Shown here: positions 51,501-64,000 of the stretch, one piece after another
Layout: each line of letters opens with the position of its first letter
Numbering within the stretch: position 1 is the stretch's first letter
Assembly: GCA_028534125.1 (NCBI GenBank)
Contig: CM052816.1
Location: 66,590,001 to 66,654,000 of the forward strand
Length of the DNA stretch: 64,000 nucleotides
Direction of reading: 5' to 3'
Source of the DNA: Lama glama
Taxonomy: Eukaryota
Made by a program: the position numbers and the translations under genes
The notes under the pieces: model-generated
Told to the model about the DNA's origin: nothing
Databases searched by the model: none
The model's input: the letters and a program-made list of their open reading frames with translations, nothing else

Positions 51501-52673
51501 TATGAAACTGTTCACTAGAAGTAACATGGGATGTGTCAGCTGCAAGCAGGAATAGCCCAAGGTGTTGATTTCAAGCATTTTTTCAAGGACAAAATTTATT
51601 AAGTCAAAACCTACGTCTAGTCCAAGGAAAACTCCTGAAGACAAATGGAAAAAAATACACTGATTCACATTTCAATTATTTTCTAACCTGATCCTGACAA
51701 TTTTATTGCCCTTAAACTTATGGAGGCATCATTTCAGTTCTGAAAATCATTATGCTTTGAAGTCAGGCCTATCACCACCTCAAATTCATTTACTGATGTA
51801 AAAGAATAGAAAGAAAATTCAGTAACATAATAGAAAAATACCTCAAGCTAACACACAGTCTTATATGGCTTTTTGCTGAAAATGACAAAATGACTTCAGA
51901 ACTATGTCTTTCTGATAGGAACTCAGTCATGCACTCGAAAGAAAACTCATATTGAGAGTATTTTCAAGATTCAAATCTGAAATTTTTGTGAGATTTTCCA
52001 CCCCAAAGAAGAGACATTCTGTCAAATGAAAAAGCTCATTTAGTTTTTCAATTCTTTTAGTCACAATTTGCTAGGCTTCTTTTCTACTTATTGCCTCAAT
52101 TAACTTGTTGAGAAAAGGCAGGGTGCTTAGTCAAAGAACTGTGCCATCCCCAACAAGCTAGGATTTCTACAGCTTGAGTGCTTTCTGATCTCAGCAGGAA
52201 GCAAATATCTGTAGCTGGGCTGTTAAGGGAGATGGATGATTATTTAATATATTGTAAGGGGCTGCTGGTTGGCAACCTCACATAGATGCTTTCAGAACTG
52301 GAGCATTGGCAGACTCAGAGAGTCTGCTCTAGGTCCTAGCCAAACAAGGTCGTTGCTGGATTCCTTTGATTCATTGTATTTTGATGCATTTGGAGATGTT
52401 ACTGTAGCAACAGATTATGTCACCTGAAGTTCAGAAGAACACTGGAGAATGTCAGAGGAAATGAGTAATCTTTACTTGGAGAAGTAGAGCAGGTAGCCGA
52501 CACCTGTTCCCAGAAAGTGACAGTGGGAATGGCAGTACTAATTATCCCTGTCCTTTGTTAAAAGTATATATGGTTATGGCATTTACTTTTAGCACCCGTA
52601 AAATAATCCATGAGAATCACAACATTTTAGGCATTCCTCTCATCTTTTCAAAGCACATACAAAGCTCAAATTT

Positions 52674-53163
52674 GCCAGTCTGAAAAGGCTACAAACTGTA
52701 TGATTCCAACCAAATGACATTCTGGAAAAGGCACAGCTACAGAAACAATAAAAAGATCGTGGTTTCCAGGGGTTTGGGGAGAGGGAGGGAGGAAGGAATG
52801 AATAGATGGAGCACAAGGGATTTTTAAGGCAATGAAATTATTCTGTATGATACTATAGTGGTGGCTGCATGTCATCATGCATTTGTAAAAACCCATAAAG
52901 AGTGAACCCTAATGTAAACTATGGACTTTGGTTGATAATAATGTGCCCATGCTGATTCATCGACTGTACCAAATATGCCACATGATGAGGGATGCTGAGG
53001 GTAGGGGAGTATACATGTGTGGGCAGGGAGGGCTATGAGGGAACTCTGTATTTTCTGCTCAATTCTGTTGTGAACCTGAAATTACTCCAAAAGAATAAAG
53101 TCTATTTTTTAAAAAAAGCAAAAACAAAGCAAAAAAAACCAAACAAACAAACAAACAAAACAC
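52674..53163 (+). mobile_element. L1MC1/2-like 3' end with an (AAAC)n tail
   Basis: gccagtctgaaaaggctac..gacattctggaaaaggc..agagtgaaccctaatgtaaactatggactttgg..aataaagtctattt. Possible TSD ctc(a/g)aatttg at 52665-52674 and 53164-53173. Confidence 0.92.
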
Positions 53164-54194
53164 CTCGAATTTGAACATTCTTATTTTTTTAAAAGTGGCA
53201 ACTAATCCTTTTTTCCTTTCTTTCTTTCTTTTTGGTCTCTAATGGCTTACTTTTTAGAAACTAGTTTGATTGCCCATACAGATGTACAATATTAACGGGT
53301 CAGTATTTTAAGAGGTGGAAATTATTATGCAAACTATCTTTTGTTGAAAAGATAAGGTGAACTAGGATAACTTTCAGTCAGTTGTAACCAATGATTTTCA
53401 CTAAAAAGTGTGTAAAATAACTAAAAATGATATTTAAAATGCTATGACAGTCTTAAAAACAGAGTTACTTAAGGCAATATATATAAAAGTATATATATCA
53501 TATAGACATATACCCACTTATATATTTTCAGGCCTAAAAAGGAAAATTTCTTTTAAAAGAAATTTTAGTTGCCTTTATTTGTGTGAATATGCTTTCTTAA
53601 ATTCATAGGTTCAAAGCCAATGATGCATTTTTTTTTTACTTTTAATTTTTTTTCAATGGTGCTTTTTAAAACGCACTTCTACTTCAGTTTTTTTAAGTTT
53701 TGAAATCTGTCACTTACAGGTATATCTCAAATGCAAAATAGAAATTCAGCTTTGAAAAAGTTGGGCTGGTGAGGGCAAGGTATTTCTGGAGGCCACAAAG
53801 CAATTGTTTCATTAGCACATAAAGCAGATTGGCAGCAACTCTGGTCATGAATTGCATGTTTTGTCCAAACTTTCATCCCAGGGAAAAAATTTAAACCTGT
53901 ACATAAGTTTTAAGAAATTAACTCCAAGTTTCCTGGAGCATGGTGATTTGCTATGTCTAGACCTCTTTGTAGCCCTCTGTATTAATGTTAGTACTGCTTT
54001 CATGGAAAAAGAAGACTACTTGTTGAAAAATGTCCTTCTAGATTTTGATTTAGACCAAGAAGTAAAGACAGAGAGGAGAAGAATCCTCCCCAGGGTTTAA
54101 GTTCATATAGGATCCCAAAGCTAACAACTTTAGTTTTGGGATCAGATGTGAATGATGCCTACTGTTTTTTTTCCTACAGCAAAATCATTTTTCT

Positions 54195-54370
54195 CCACCT
54201 CTTATTGCCAACGTCCTAGCCCGAAGACCATGTTAGGTGTCCTTTCTTTGTGCATTTATGGTACCCTGTGCAGATCCGATGTGGTCTTCTTAACCTGTGC
54301 TCCAATTGTCTGATAACCTGCCCCAGCACATACCTGGCACTTATGCCAATTGAAGGCTGATTTATTGAAT
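54195..54370 (+). mobile_element. L2 3' end fragment
   Basis: gttaggtgtcctttctttgtgc..ccccagcacatacctggcac..ttattgaat. Confidence 0.5.
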
Positions 54371-54445
54371 ACTGTATTTCATCAGTTCTAACACATCCAT
54401 TTTCACATCACTGATGTGTCTTGAAATCAGTGACGTCCTATCACT
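54370..54445. mobile_element. Tc2-like MITE fragment (MER104/Kanga-like)
   Basis: ta-ctgtatttcatcagttctaa resembles the Tc2-type terminal inverted repeat. Confidence 0.45.
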
Positions 54446-54607
54446 GCTGTTGACCTGAGGACCATGATCATAATTGAAATAAAAGTTGTTTATGGGGAGC
54501 TATGGAGTATAATTTGATTTTAGTGAAGCATTCATTCACTATTTGAGAAAGTCACTTTTCTCTCTCTTTGAAAAGCAATCATGGATTGCTTTGATGGCCT
54601 TGATCCT

Positions 54608-54755
54608 TCAGTGTATGGCCAGAGGACAGAAGCACATCATCTCCTGAGCACTGGTAGAGGAATTCAGAACCTCAGGCCCTACCCCAGACTCCTGCATCAG
54701 AACCTTCACTTTAAAGAGATTCCAAATATGCCTATTAAACTTTGGAAAGCATTGC
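54608..54755. mobile_element. MER5A-like hAT-Charlie MITE
   Basis: cagaacctcaggccctaccccagactcctgcatcagaacc..ctttaaagagattcc..tttggaaagcattg. Confidence 0.75.
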
Positions 54756-56699
54756 TTTTTGGGACCTAAGAAAGGTTTTCTTGTTCAGTGATATTTAAAT
54801 TAGCGTGCTATCTTCGAACCCAAGACTTTGTGCATTTCGATGACACATGGTATTTTTTTCCCTCTGAAGATCAGCTCTCTAAGGGCGGTTCAGGGTCCTG
54901 ACCTGGCACTGGGCTCTATCTCTGGCACCCAGTGCAGTGTGTCTGGCAATGAGTAAGCACATAATATCGATTTATAAGAGGAAGAGGAATTTATACTTTT
55001 TCAAATTTTTTCTTTCTTTGACAAAATGTGGTAAATATTCCTGGGGTTTATTGTTTTGAATTACTAAATTCCATGAACCAGAAGAGTATGAGAGTTGGTA
55101 GGTCTCAAATATAAACTGGGACCAAGAGAAACATTAAAATACGATTTGTACAGATTCAGCATAGGACTTAGACAGAGTATGGGACAGGGGGTCCAGAACC
55201 TGAGTTACAGTTCCAGGCCCACCGTGGTATGCACATCTCTCTACCTGTAGCACCTCTGTTTCCTTATCCTCTAAGGAACTGGACCACATGAGGTCTGTAA
55301 GATGATCTCTATGTTTTCTTCCAGGACAAGCCTCAGTCTGTTGTCAGGCCTTTTAAAACTTTTATTGTTCATCCTCATCTTTGCTGGTGTATGAGTTTGA
55401 ACTCTCAGTGAGATAAAAAGATAGTTCTTGAAAAGGTAAGGGTCATGGTTTTTGTCCATATTGTATTCAGTGACACCTACAAGCTTGTCAAGCATCTCAC
55501 TGAAAATTAAGTGCGTGGGAACTGAATACTATTGAAGAGCCATCATTTTTGCTCTGTTTCTCATAGTTTTAATCTCAGCATATTATTTAGCTTTAAGATT
55601 TTTTGATACTGATGCAGAAGCCTTTCTGTCTTTGAACAAGATAACCTTTCTTTCTCTCTTTCAACTTTTTACAGACTGTGCGAAATAATATCAAGTTTAT
55701 TTCTGGAATTTTTCCAAAGATAAAATAGTCCCTTTATGTTCATAAAGATGGAGCATCACTGAGAAGACTTCTGAAAAAAATTATAGAATTGAACTTCAGT
55801 TTCAATCAAATGAATAAGTCAGTATTCCATAAAGATTAGTCATAAAGGTATTGGTCATAACTTGAATTCTGCACAACTCTACTTAATAGTTTTTTCTGAT
55901 TTTTTTTCTTTAAAATGATGACTCAATTTTCATTTTATGTTAATTACATTCTTTTCAGTAAAATGATTGGGCTAGAATTGGTGTGAAAGGGATCGAAAAA
56001 TGTACATCTATAATGAACGTAGATGACAGGCAGTCTCTTTTGACTCCCAATTTTGGCTTTGATTCTGTACTCCTATTTCTGGCTTTGATTAGAGCTCAAA
56101 GGTGCTGCTTTAGTGTCTTTCAGACGTAATTGCCACACATGTTTGGGGTTCTTGAAGGAAGTATAAAGCAAGGCGTGTTCCAGGATTGGGTTAAAAACCC
56201 CATCTTAGCTGATTATTATCCTCACTTTCTTAGACGTTGATTATTAAAACTGTAATTACCTACTGTGCATCATTTAGAATTTGTAGAATATGACCTATTT
56301 CCAGACAAATGTAAATTAACATGCATTTCGGTATTTTCAAAGAAGGTTTTTGGAATATGCAAATGTCTCAGAAAACACTACCCGCTACAGAGTAATCAGT
56401 GTTTTGTCTTTGCCTCTTCCGTGTGCAGCTTGTTCACCTAAATTATCTTTTCACCTCATTCTTTTACTTTAAAAATGTTATTGGCTCCTTATGTCAGTCT
56501 TTTACCTTTGCTAGGCTTACACTTACTTCTTTGTCAACTAGTTTACCTAAAATCTTAGCCTAGGCCCAAAAGTATGGACTGATTGCTAGATTAGTTCTAT
56601 TTCCTCAGAAAAGTCACTTCTTGAAGCATAGTTCTTCCTCAAATACAGACTTAAAAATTTTAAGAAAGACACATGCAGAGGAATTAGAAAGGCCAGAGC

Positions 56700-57155
56700 A
56701 GCAGCACTAGAAAGAATCTTAAAGATCAAACAGTCCAGAAGTTGCAAACTGAGGGCCCTTAAGCCCATATATCATTTTAAGGGCTTTATTAAAAGGTAAC
56801 TTACATAGCTTAAAATTCACTTGCCCCACTTTTTTTTAATGGATTTGGTTTCAACACTCATAAAATCTAAATTTTTAGTTTATTTTGGAAAATTAAAGCA
56901 GTTAGGAACAGAGGGTCTGAATTTTCATAAAGGTGAAATTGGAGCGGAGTGCTTTGTTTTTTTAGGTGGGACATGAATTCTCCAGTTTGACACAGTTTCC
57001 TCTGTACTTTTTCATCTTATACTCTGCCTGCTTCATTTGTCAAGCAGCCATCAAAATCCCGTAGGCATTACGCCTGGGATACCAGATCTAGTCCAATCCC
57101 CATTTAATAAATAAATGTGCTTGGGCCAGAGAGGTAAAGGGAGTTGCTCAAGCAA
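56700..57155 (-). mobile_element. MIR fragment interrupted by a MER102-like hAT MITE (56736-57085)
   Basis: MIR ctagaaagaatcttaaagatc | atctagtccaatcccc..ccagagaggtaaagggagttgctcaag. The insert begins cagaagttgcaaact and contains catgaattctccagtttgacacag. Confidence 0.65.
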
Positions 57156-57652
57156 ATTAAAAACAATTTATCTGCTTGGCACCTACCATAAGTTACTTTA
57201 GAAATATTTAGTAAAATAGGTTTTAAGTATAATTCTTAGTGACAAAAACAGAATTCATGTAACAAGGTTTGTACATCACTAAATTGCTTCCGGGAACCAC
57301 TAATGGGCTATGATCAGCAGTCTGAGAAACATTGCCCAAGATAATGCCTTTGTATTTGCATTCATCACAACAGATCTTCAAAACTTGCTAATAAACTTAA
57401 GTTTTAAGGATTGATTTAGGGTCAAAGGTAGATAGGCTATGTATAATGGTAGCAAAGAGCTAACATTTATTGAGTATCTACCATGTGCAAGACACCATTA
57501 AGAAATGAGAGTAAGGGGAAAGACTTGAAAATAGTGCCTAACAAGATAGGAGAAGTCACCCTATTATATTTGTGTGATTTAATTTTTAGGACACTACGAG
57601 AGAAGAGGGATTTTCATCTATTTTGAATTAGCATGGAAATGAAAGACTGTAG

Positions 57653-57873
57653 CTGTGCTGTCCAATATCTTAGTCACTAGCATATGTAGCATATGTAGCT
57701 ATTTAAATTTCTATTTAAATTAATCAAATTAACTACAATTAAACATTCATTTTATTTGTCACACTGGCCACATTTCAAGTACCCACAAGCCATGTGTGGC
57801 TAGTGGCTACTATTTGGACAATACAGATATAAAGCTTTTCCATTATCACAGAAAGTTCTTTTGGACAGCACTC
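57653..57873 (-). mobile_element. MER3 hAT-Charlie MITE, near full length
   Basis: ctgtgctgtccaata..gccacatttcaagt..tgtggctagtggctac..cagaaagttct..ttggacagcact, with inverted termini. Confidence 0.9.
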
Positions 57874-58648
57874 CTCTAGAATCATAATATCTCGAGGCAT
57901 CTGAATCATGTTTGGACAGAAATTCAAATTGCCATGTGCCAGCTGTATACAAATTAACCCATGCATATTTTATCTTTTATAAAATCCAGTAAGCGGTAGC
58001 TGTCATCAGCCAGCCAACATTCATTTCCTTTAGAGAAGTTTAAAAGTAAACTAACGTGCACCAAAATGAGTTGGCTGGGAAGTTATCTTAAATTGCCTTC
58101 TTGAAGCCTATATCTCAAACTTTCCTTCACCCTAAGTGCAGTTGTTTGACATGATTAGCATTAATGTCAAGTGATTCTCATTTCATAAGAAGTAATTAGA
58201 GCAAAGGCAAGTGCTCATAACTTGTATGGAATTTTCCCTAGAGCTTAAGTAATATACACAAGCAAGACAACGCAAGCTTCTCTGTCTATCAAAATACTGA
58301 ATCTCTTGCAGCAGTTTCTGAAGGCGAAGGAAAATATGGCAGGTAGATACGCGCTAGTCTCACTGTGATTCTCAAGCCCTCATTGACCAGTAAAGGAGAA
58401 AACGCTACTTTGGTGACAGTCAGGAACTCAAGAAATGGTACCATGGCTACTAGTACTCATCTACCTAAGGCAAATGACACAGGATAACCGATTCATTTCA
58501 CCATCTGTCCCTAATATGCTATCCTGATTTGGAGAACAAGGGGCTAGAAGTACTTAAATTCTGCAGTTCCTCCAGTTCCAACCTCAGACTCAAAGCCTTT
58601 CGTCTCTTCATTTTTATCAAAACCCAGTCAGAATGCACAGCCCCAGAC

Positions 58649-58890
58649 CAGTGCTTTTCTGCTCTTTTGACCACAGCTCCCAGAAAGAAGTATTTTCTAC
58701 ATGGCGATCAAGCAAGAGCACACACCTGGAGCAGAAGTTTCACAAACAATAGTTATCTTTAATATGGGGTGTTCTCTGAGAGTTTCTGTTTATTCTACTT
58801 GATGTCATTATTTTAAAATGCTGGTTGAGACCCATAAATTGCTTTTGTGACCACTAATGGGTTGCACACTGTGGTTTAATAAATATTGCC
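58649..58890. mobile_element. Charlie-type hAT non-autonomous element
   Basis: Starts cagtgcttttc and ends ccactaatgggttgcacactgtggttt. A related end (ccactaatgggc..cagtctgagaaacattg) lies at about 57295-57335. Confidence 0.5.
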
Positions 58891-59629
58891 CTGAGCAATA
58901 CTGGAATCATCTTTATCCATTCCTGGATATGAAACCTTCTTGAAAATTGGCTGAAATATGCATAAACATGACAGCTCATGCAGACATGTTGATCTTTCCG
59001 CAACATGGATGGAAATACTTTTCTGCTGCTGCACTTTTGACCTGAGCTTTGCTGATGATTTGTTGGGACTGTTTCCACTTGCCAGAAGTTCAAAAGCTCC
59101 TCTCAAAGTGGGCCTGTTAGTGTTTCCACTTGCCAGGAGTAAGTTCAAAGGCCTTTCTCAAACTAGCTCATTATGACTTGGGAAATAGACGGGCTCACCT
59201 TTAGCAGAGAGCTATTACCATGAATTATTTTTCCCTCTCCTTATAATTTCTTCCAGTACAGTGGTGGTAAAATTATAAAAACAAAAATTGATTTGTTTTA
59301 GAGGGAAAACATACCATCTGAAAGATCCTATAGAATATGATGCAGGAAAAATATGCTATCTGAATAATTCTAGAGAGTAAAATTCTTTCTACCACCATTT
59401 GTATTCAGACACCCTCCAATTAAAAATATATTCATTTAATAACAATATCCATATTAGAATTATTCCCAAACCTCAGTTATTGTCTGGTTTACTACCAAGA
59501 ATTATTCCAACCAATTTTCAACAAGGAAAATAATACTTTACAGGTCTTTGGATTTCTCTATTATATTATTTGTTTATAATACCTTGTGGTCTATAGTATC
59601 TTTTTGTTTTTATTATTTTGATAACTAGT

Positions 59630-59885
59630 AACAATTAATAATAAGTTATTGAGTTCTTACTATGTCCTGGGTAGTCTCCTAAGTGTGCATGGGTTTTAAA
59701 TAAGTTAAATCCCCCAACAATCTATGAATGGCCACTGTTATTATCCCATTTTACTGATGAGGAAATTGAAGCACAGAAAGGTAATGTCACTTGTCCAAGT
59801 TTCACAGTAGTAAGTAAAGAAGCTGGAATCAGGCCCCCCAAAAAATCTGACTTCAGAGATCAACTTTTTCACCATTACAGTATGT
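59630..59885 (-). mobile_element. MIR SINE, near full length
   Basis: tattgagttcttactatgt..ttattatcccattttactgatgaggaaattgaagcacagaaagg..cacttgtccaag..tctgacttcagag. Confidence 0.9.
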
Positions 59886-59889
59886 GTTA

Positions 59890-60065
59890 TCTACTTAATC
59901 CTTACTATTGCCCTCTAAGATAAAGACTAAAAGGCTAAAAGATAGCTATTTTTACCATTCTACAGGTAAGGAAACTGAGTCTTAGAGAGGAGATGTGCCT
60001 GAAATATTGTTATCAAATTCATAAGTAGGTTAGTTACAATTTAAGCCAAGATCTGACTTTAATTT
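59890..60065 (-). mobile_element. Second, adjacent MIR SINE
   Basis: ccattctacaggtaaggaaactgagtcttagagagg. Confidence 0.7.
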
Positions 60066-62609
60066 TCCCCCACTTTCATTCATATAACTTAATATGTGCA
60101 CACACACACAAATATACACATATATATGTAGTATATTTATATGTAAATATTCAGTTGGCCCAACACAGAAGAAACTTAAAGAAACCTAAATAATGAGACA
60201 AGTGGAATGTTCCCTTCTATGACTGACAAACTTGGAAACTCTATTTTCACACCTTTTTTTATTAGGGTATAGTTTTGTTCATACCACTTCTGAGAGAAGA
60301 TTTTTTTAGAGTCAGAAAGAAAGGTATATTTTTTCTGCTTTAAAAAAAAATATCTTACAACCAAAATTCTGAGACATCTTTTATCATACCTGGGTTAGAG
60401 ACGTCAAATCCATGTTAAAAGATTATTGAGTAACAAAAAAGAGAGCTGCCTTTTTGACAGTTTTATCACAATTCAGCTCTCAATTAAGCTACTCCAATTT
60501 AATTGACCCTCTTTCTCAAATTCAGAATAATAAAGGCAAACATTTGGTTTTCATCTTTTGCACACTGCAAGTCTCTGACATCCGTGGTGCTGAATGTATT
60601 GCTATGCATTTAGAACTGTTGTCTTAAGGGATCAGCCACGGCCAAATCCAACATCCAGATAGGAACACACTCCATGAAACCAGAAGACATTTTGTTTTTA
60701 GAAGTTGATCAGTGAAATGGAATGAATTTATATAAAAGAACTAAGAAGACAAAAGCATAGATAACCCCTCCCTCACCCTGAAATATTTTCTGAAGAAGTA
60801 GTTGATTTCTAGTCAAGGACATGCAGCTCCTTTCACTACCTCACCCAGCTTTTTTGTCTTAGATCTTTCCCTTCACCTATCCTTAAACTCTCTTGCCTCA
60901 GAGTTGTAAGATGGTGATTGTACTGGCAGAAAAGACTGGGGTGCTGAAAAATTTCATGAAAGGTTACGATGCTCACCTGGGGGCTGAATTTGAACATTTT
61001 TGTTGAGAAGAGCAGTTCTTTCTACTCATTGGTGAGGATAAAGGAAAAAATGTCATTAAGAGATTCATGAGTTGTTTTTCTGCTTAGGAATGTCCACTGC
61101 ATGAAAGCAGGATTGTCTCCCAGTTTACTTCCTCCTGGTTGGATCAGTGCCCGCTAGGGAGAGACCAGAGGAGGCTTTGCTCTTTTGGCAAGCTTGTTAT
61201 CTATTTGGACAACTTCTTTTCCCTTTGCCTCATTTCCAGTTTTTCTTTGTTAAGATTCCAACTGTTGGAAGTGACCATGGGGCTATTTTTTAGCTCTTCC
61301 TGAGACTTGAAGCAGGTTCAGTTTTCCTTGGAGTCAGCTTGGTTCAGAGCAGCTACACAGGGAAGTTTTGCTAAGTAGCTGTCAAGTCCAGGGTGTCCCT
61401 AGAGTGAATTAGACTGACCCTCTAGTTGATAACAGAAGAATGGGTTGACTATCCCATTCAAATGAATAGCTAAACTCCCAGGGAAGTCATGCTATTGTAT
61501 AACTGAATTAATTAATCAAATTAATCATGGTCAAGGAAATAACTTCCTTTCTACCTCCCTCTCTTCCTTCTTTCCTTCCTTCTAGTCCATAGTCAGAGCG
61601 GGGTGGAATATGGCTAATGAGAGAAACTGATTGACATAGGGTTGAGAAGACAAGATTAACAGAATGTTAGGTATCAATTTTGGAACTGAGTTTTCATGTT
61701 ATCTCATTTTAACTTCACAAGGGTGATTTGATTATAGCCATGCTCCTCTGAGTTGAGAGAACTAAATTTTCTTTCCCCAGGAATACACCAAATAAAATAC
61801 TGGTAAATCAGAAACATATGCTAACACAGCTGGTCATATTTTTAATAATTAAATGCAAAACTGTTGAATAAACATTGAAAGTTCAGTGACACGACACCAA
61901 GATTCCCCCGGTTTAAGTGAAATGATATCCTAGTGGATATAATAAAATGTATCATTTGTCAAAAAATGCCAAGAAAGAAAAAAGAAAAGAAAAAATAAAA
62001 TACAATATAACCTCAAAAACTTATTACTCTCTTGTCTAAAATTTCTTTTTACTCTGTAGCCTGTAGAAGTATGAGATAGATCTGTATGCAGAAAAAGATG
62101 ATCTAATATAATTAATAAGTGAAGAAAGCAAGCCAGATAGTATGCATAGTATCAATTCAGCTTTCTAATAAAAGCAATATACATGTTTGAACATCTATAA
62201 AGTGTCTACAAGGATCTTCATCAGACATGTCTCATGTATGACTTCAGGTCCTCCCAGCCTCACCCATCTCCTGCCCTGGGCCCTGCTGGTTGGATGTCCT
62301 GAGATGTGGTTTACCAGCCTTCTTAGAGGATGAGCCTGAGAGATTAGCAATCCGCAGCACTTAGCTGCTCCCAAGGAGATAATGCCAAATCCCTCTTTCC
62401 CAGCTTCACATCCTTTATCCTCATTCCTGCCCATTGGATTGTCTACCTTAATAAAGTAGAATGCAGACATCTTTCTCTAAGACACACACGCAGAGCCTTA
62501 GGAGTGGCCACATAGAAGAATGAGATTAAGAGTGAGGAATTTTGACCTTTCTTTTTCTGTGCTATTTTTTACTTTGGTTTTGATGAGCAGATACGACTTT
62601 TCTTTTTTG

Positions 62610-62915
62610 TAGAAGCTGAAAACAACACAAATTTATTATCTCATCTCATCTCATCTCATCTCATCTCATTTATTATCTCATTGTTCCCAAGGAACAGGAG
62701 TCCAGGCACAGCTTAACTAGGTTCTCTGCAATCAAGATATCTCCTGGGCTTTGTTCTGTCTGGAGCATAGGGTCTTCTTAAAGCTCATGTGACTGTTGGC
62801 AAAATTCAGCAGGGCTCAGGTCCTGTTTTGCTAACTGTCATCTTTTTGGGATTCACTCTCAGCTCCTAAAGGCTGCCTATAACTCCTCAATATGTGGTCC
62901 TTTCCATGGTTGAAA
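62610..62915 (-). mobile_element. MaLR LTR fragment (MLT1D/E-like) containing (ATCTC)6
   Basis: gctgaaaacaacacaaatttattatctca..caggagtccaggcacagcttaact..gttggcaaaattcag..ctctcagctcctaaaggc. Confidence 0.8.
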
Positions 62916-63194
62916 CTTCCCAGCCTCATTAGATAAAGGAGGTTTTAAGGTAAACTATTTTCTATTTCTAAACAGATGTCTAGGCTAAGAAAAACTTCCA
63001 TTTTGATATTGCTCATCTTGTATGTTATTTAATGGTTTTCAAATGCCATCATTGAACCTAATCTACTATTTATTGCTCATAGCCAAAAAAGACTTTAAAA
63101 AAAAATAGGAGCCGATATCTCCTCTTCGACTTGTCTTTATAGTTAATTGTCCAAGGTAAGTCAAAATACATAGTTTTCAATTTCCTTGTGTTAA

Positions 63195-64000
63195 GTATAT
63201 AATTCTTTTTATACATTGTTGGATTTGATTTGCTAGTATATATTATTGAGGATTTTTGCATCTATGTTCCTGAAACTTATGTTGTTGTTTTTCTTGTGGT
63301 GTCATTGTTTGGTCTTGTTATTATGGTAACGTTGACCTCATAGAATTAATTGGGGAGTACTCGCTTTACTTCTATCTTCTAGAAGACACAGAGAGAACTG
63401 GTATAATTTCTTCCTCAAATACTGATAGAATTCACCAGTGAACCAATCTGGTCCTGGTACTTTGTGTTTTTTGAAGGCTATTAATTATTGATTCAATTTC
63501 TTTAATACAGGCCTTTCAAATTGTCTATTTCTTTTTGGTGTGAATTTTGACAGGCTGACTTTCAAGGAATTGGCCTTAGAATTTTTTCTAATTTAGGTTA
63601 TGGAATTTGTGCACAGAGTGTTCACAAAATTTATTTTTATCCTTTTAATGTCCATGGGAACTGTAGTGATGTTTCCTCTTTCATTTCTGATATTAATAAT
63701 TTGCGTCCTCTCTCTTTGTTTTTCAGTTAGCCTGGCTGGAAGCTTACCAAAATCACTGGTGAAATCACTGGTCTTTTCAAAGAACCAGCTTCTTTCTTTC
63801 TTCTTTTCTAATATATGAATACATGTTATTCTATAATGTGCATTTAATATTACAAATTTTCCTCTACACAGTTTTTCTGCATTTCACAAATTTTGATAAA
63901 TGGTGTTTTCATTTTCATTTAGTTCAAAATACTTAAAAATTTTTCAAGATTTCTTCTTCAACCCATCTGTTATTTAAAAGTGTGTTGTTTAAGCTCCAGT
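63195..64000 (-). mobile_element. Old L1M ORF2 fragment (linker to start of RT), running off the window end
   Basis: The minus strand of about 63424-63459 reads PGPDWFTGEFYQ (L1 motif PGPDGFTGEFYQ). ttgaggatttttgcatctatgttc corresponds to the NIDAKIL motif. Confidence 0.92.

Noticed and set aside
52768..52792. G4 pattern (also 1197-1220)
   Set aside because: It is the standard G-rich tract of L1 3' UTRs.
63143..63155. Possible 13-nt microexon (tttatAG|ttaattgtccaag|GTAAGT)
   Set aside because: The donor is strong, but the length is frame-shifting and nothing else supports it. Such matches are expected by chance.
1..64000. CRISPR arrays, operons, tRNA/rRNA/snRNA genes, processed pseudogenes, endogenous viral coding sequence
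   Set aside because: I saw no regularly spaced repeat-spacer structure, RNA-gene signature, or recognisable cellular or viral protein motif beyond LINE remnants.

Overview
This is AT-rich, CpG-poor placental-mammal DNA that looks intronic or intergenic. I recognise no protein-coding gene, RNA gene, CpG island or CRISPR-like array. The supplied ORFs are chance ORFs, decayed LINE fragments or artefacts of the 500-N gap (36547-37046). Much of the window is transposon debris: MIR, L2, old L1M/HAL1-like pieces, MaLR (MLT1) LTRs and hAT/Tc2 MITEs, plus two younger 5'-truncated L1s with target-site duplications. The style of those L1 3' UTRs, and the absence of Alu, B1/B2, Bov, CHR, PRE or Can SINEs, suggest a camelid-like cetartiodactyl (inference). 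The best leads are modest: a CpG-retaining ETS/NRF1/kB motif patch inside an ancient L2 (~20.6 kb), a candidate ATG-containing exon with a strong donor (~18.5 kb), two more motif clusters (~23.7 and ~31.9 kb), and a three-layer L2>L1M>young-L1 nest (39.4-43.6 kb). I found no convincing novel biological system. Repeat family names come from recalled consensus resemblance, not a database search. Boundaries of old repeats are approximate.
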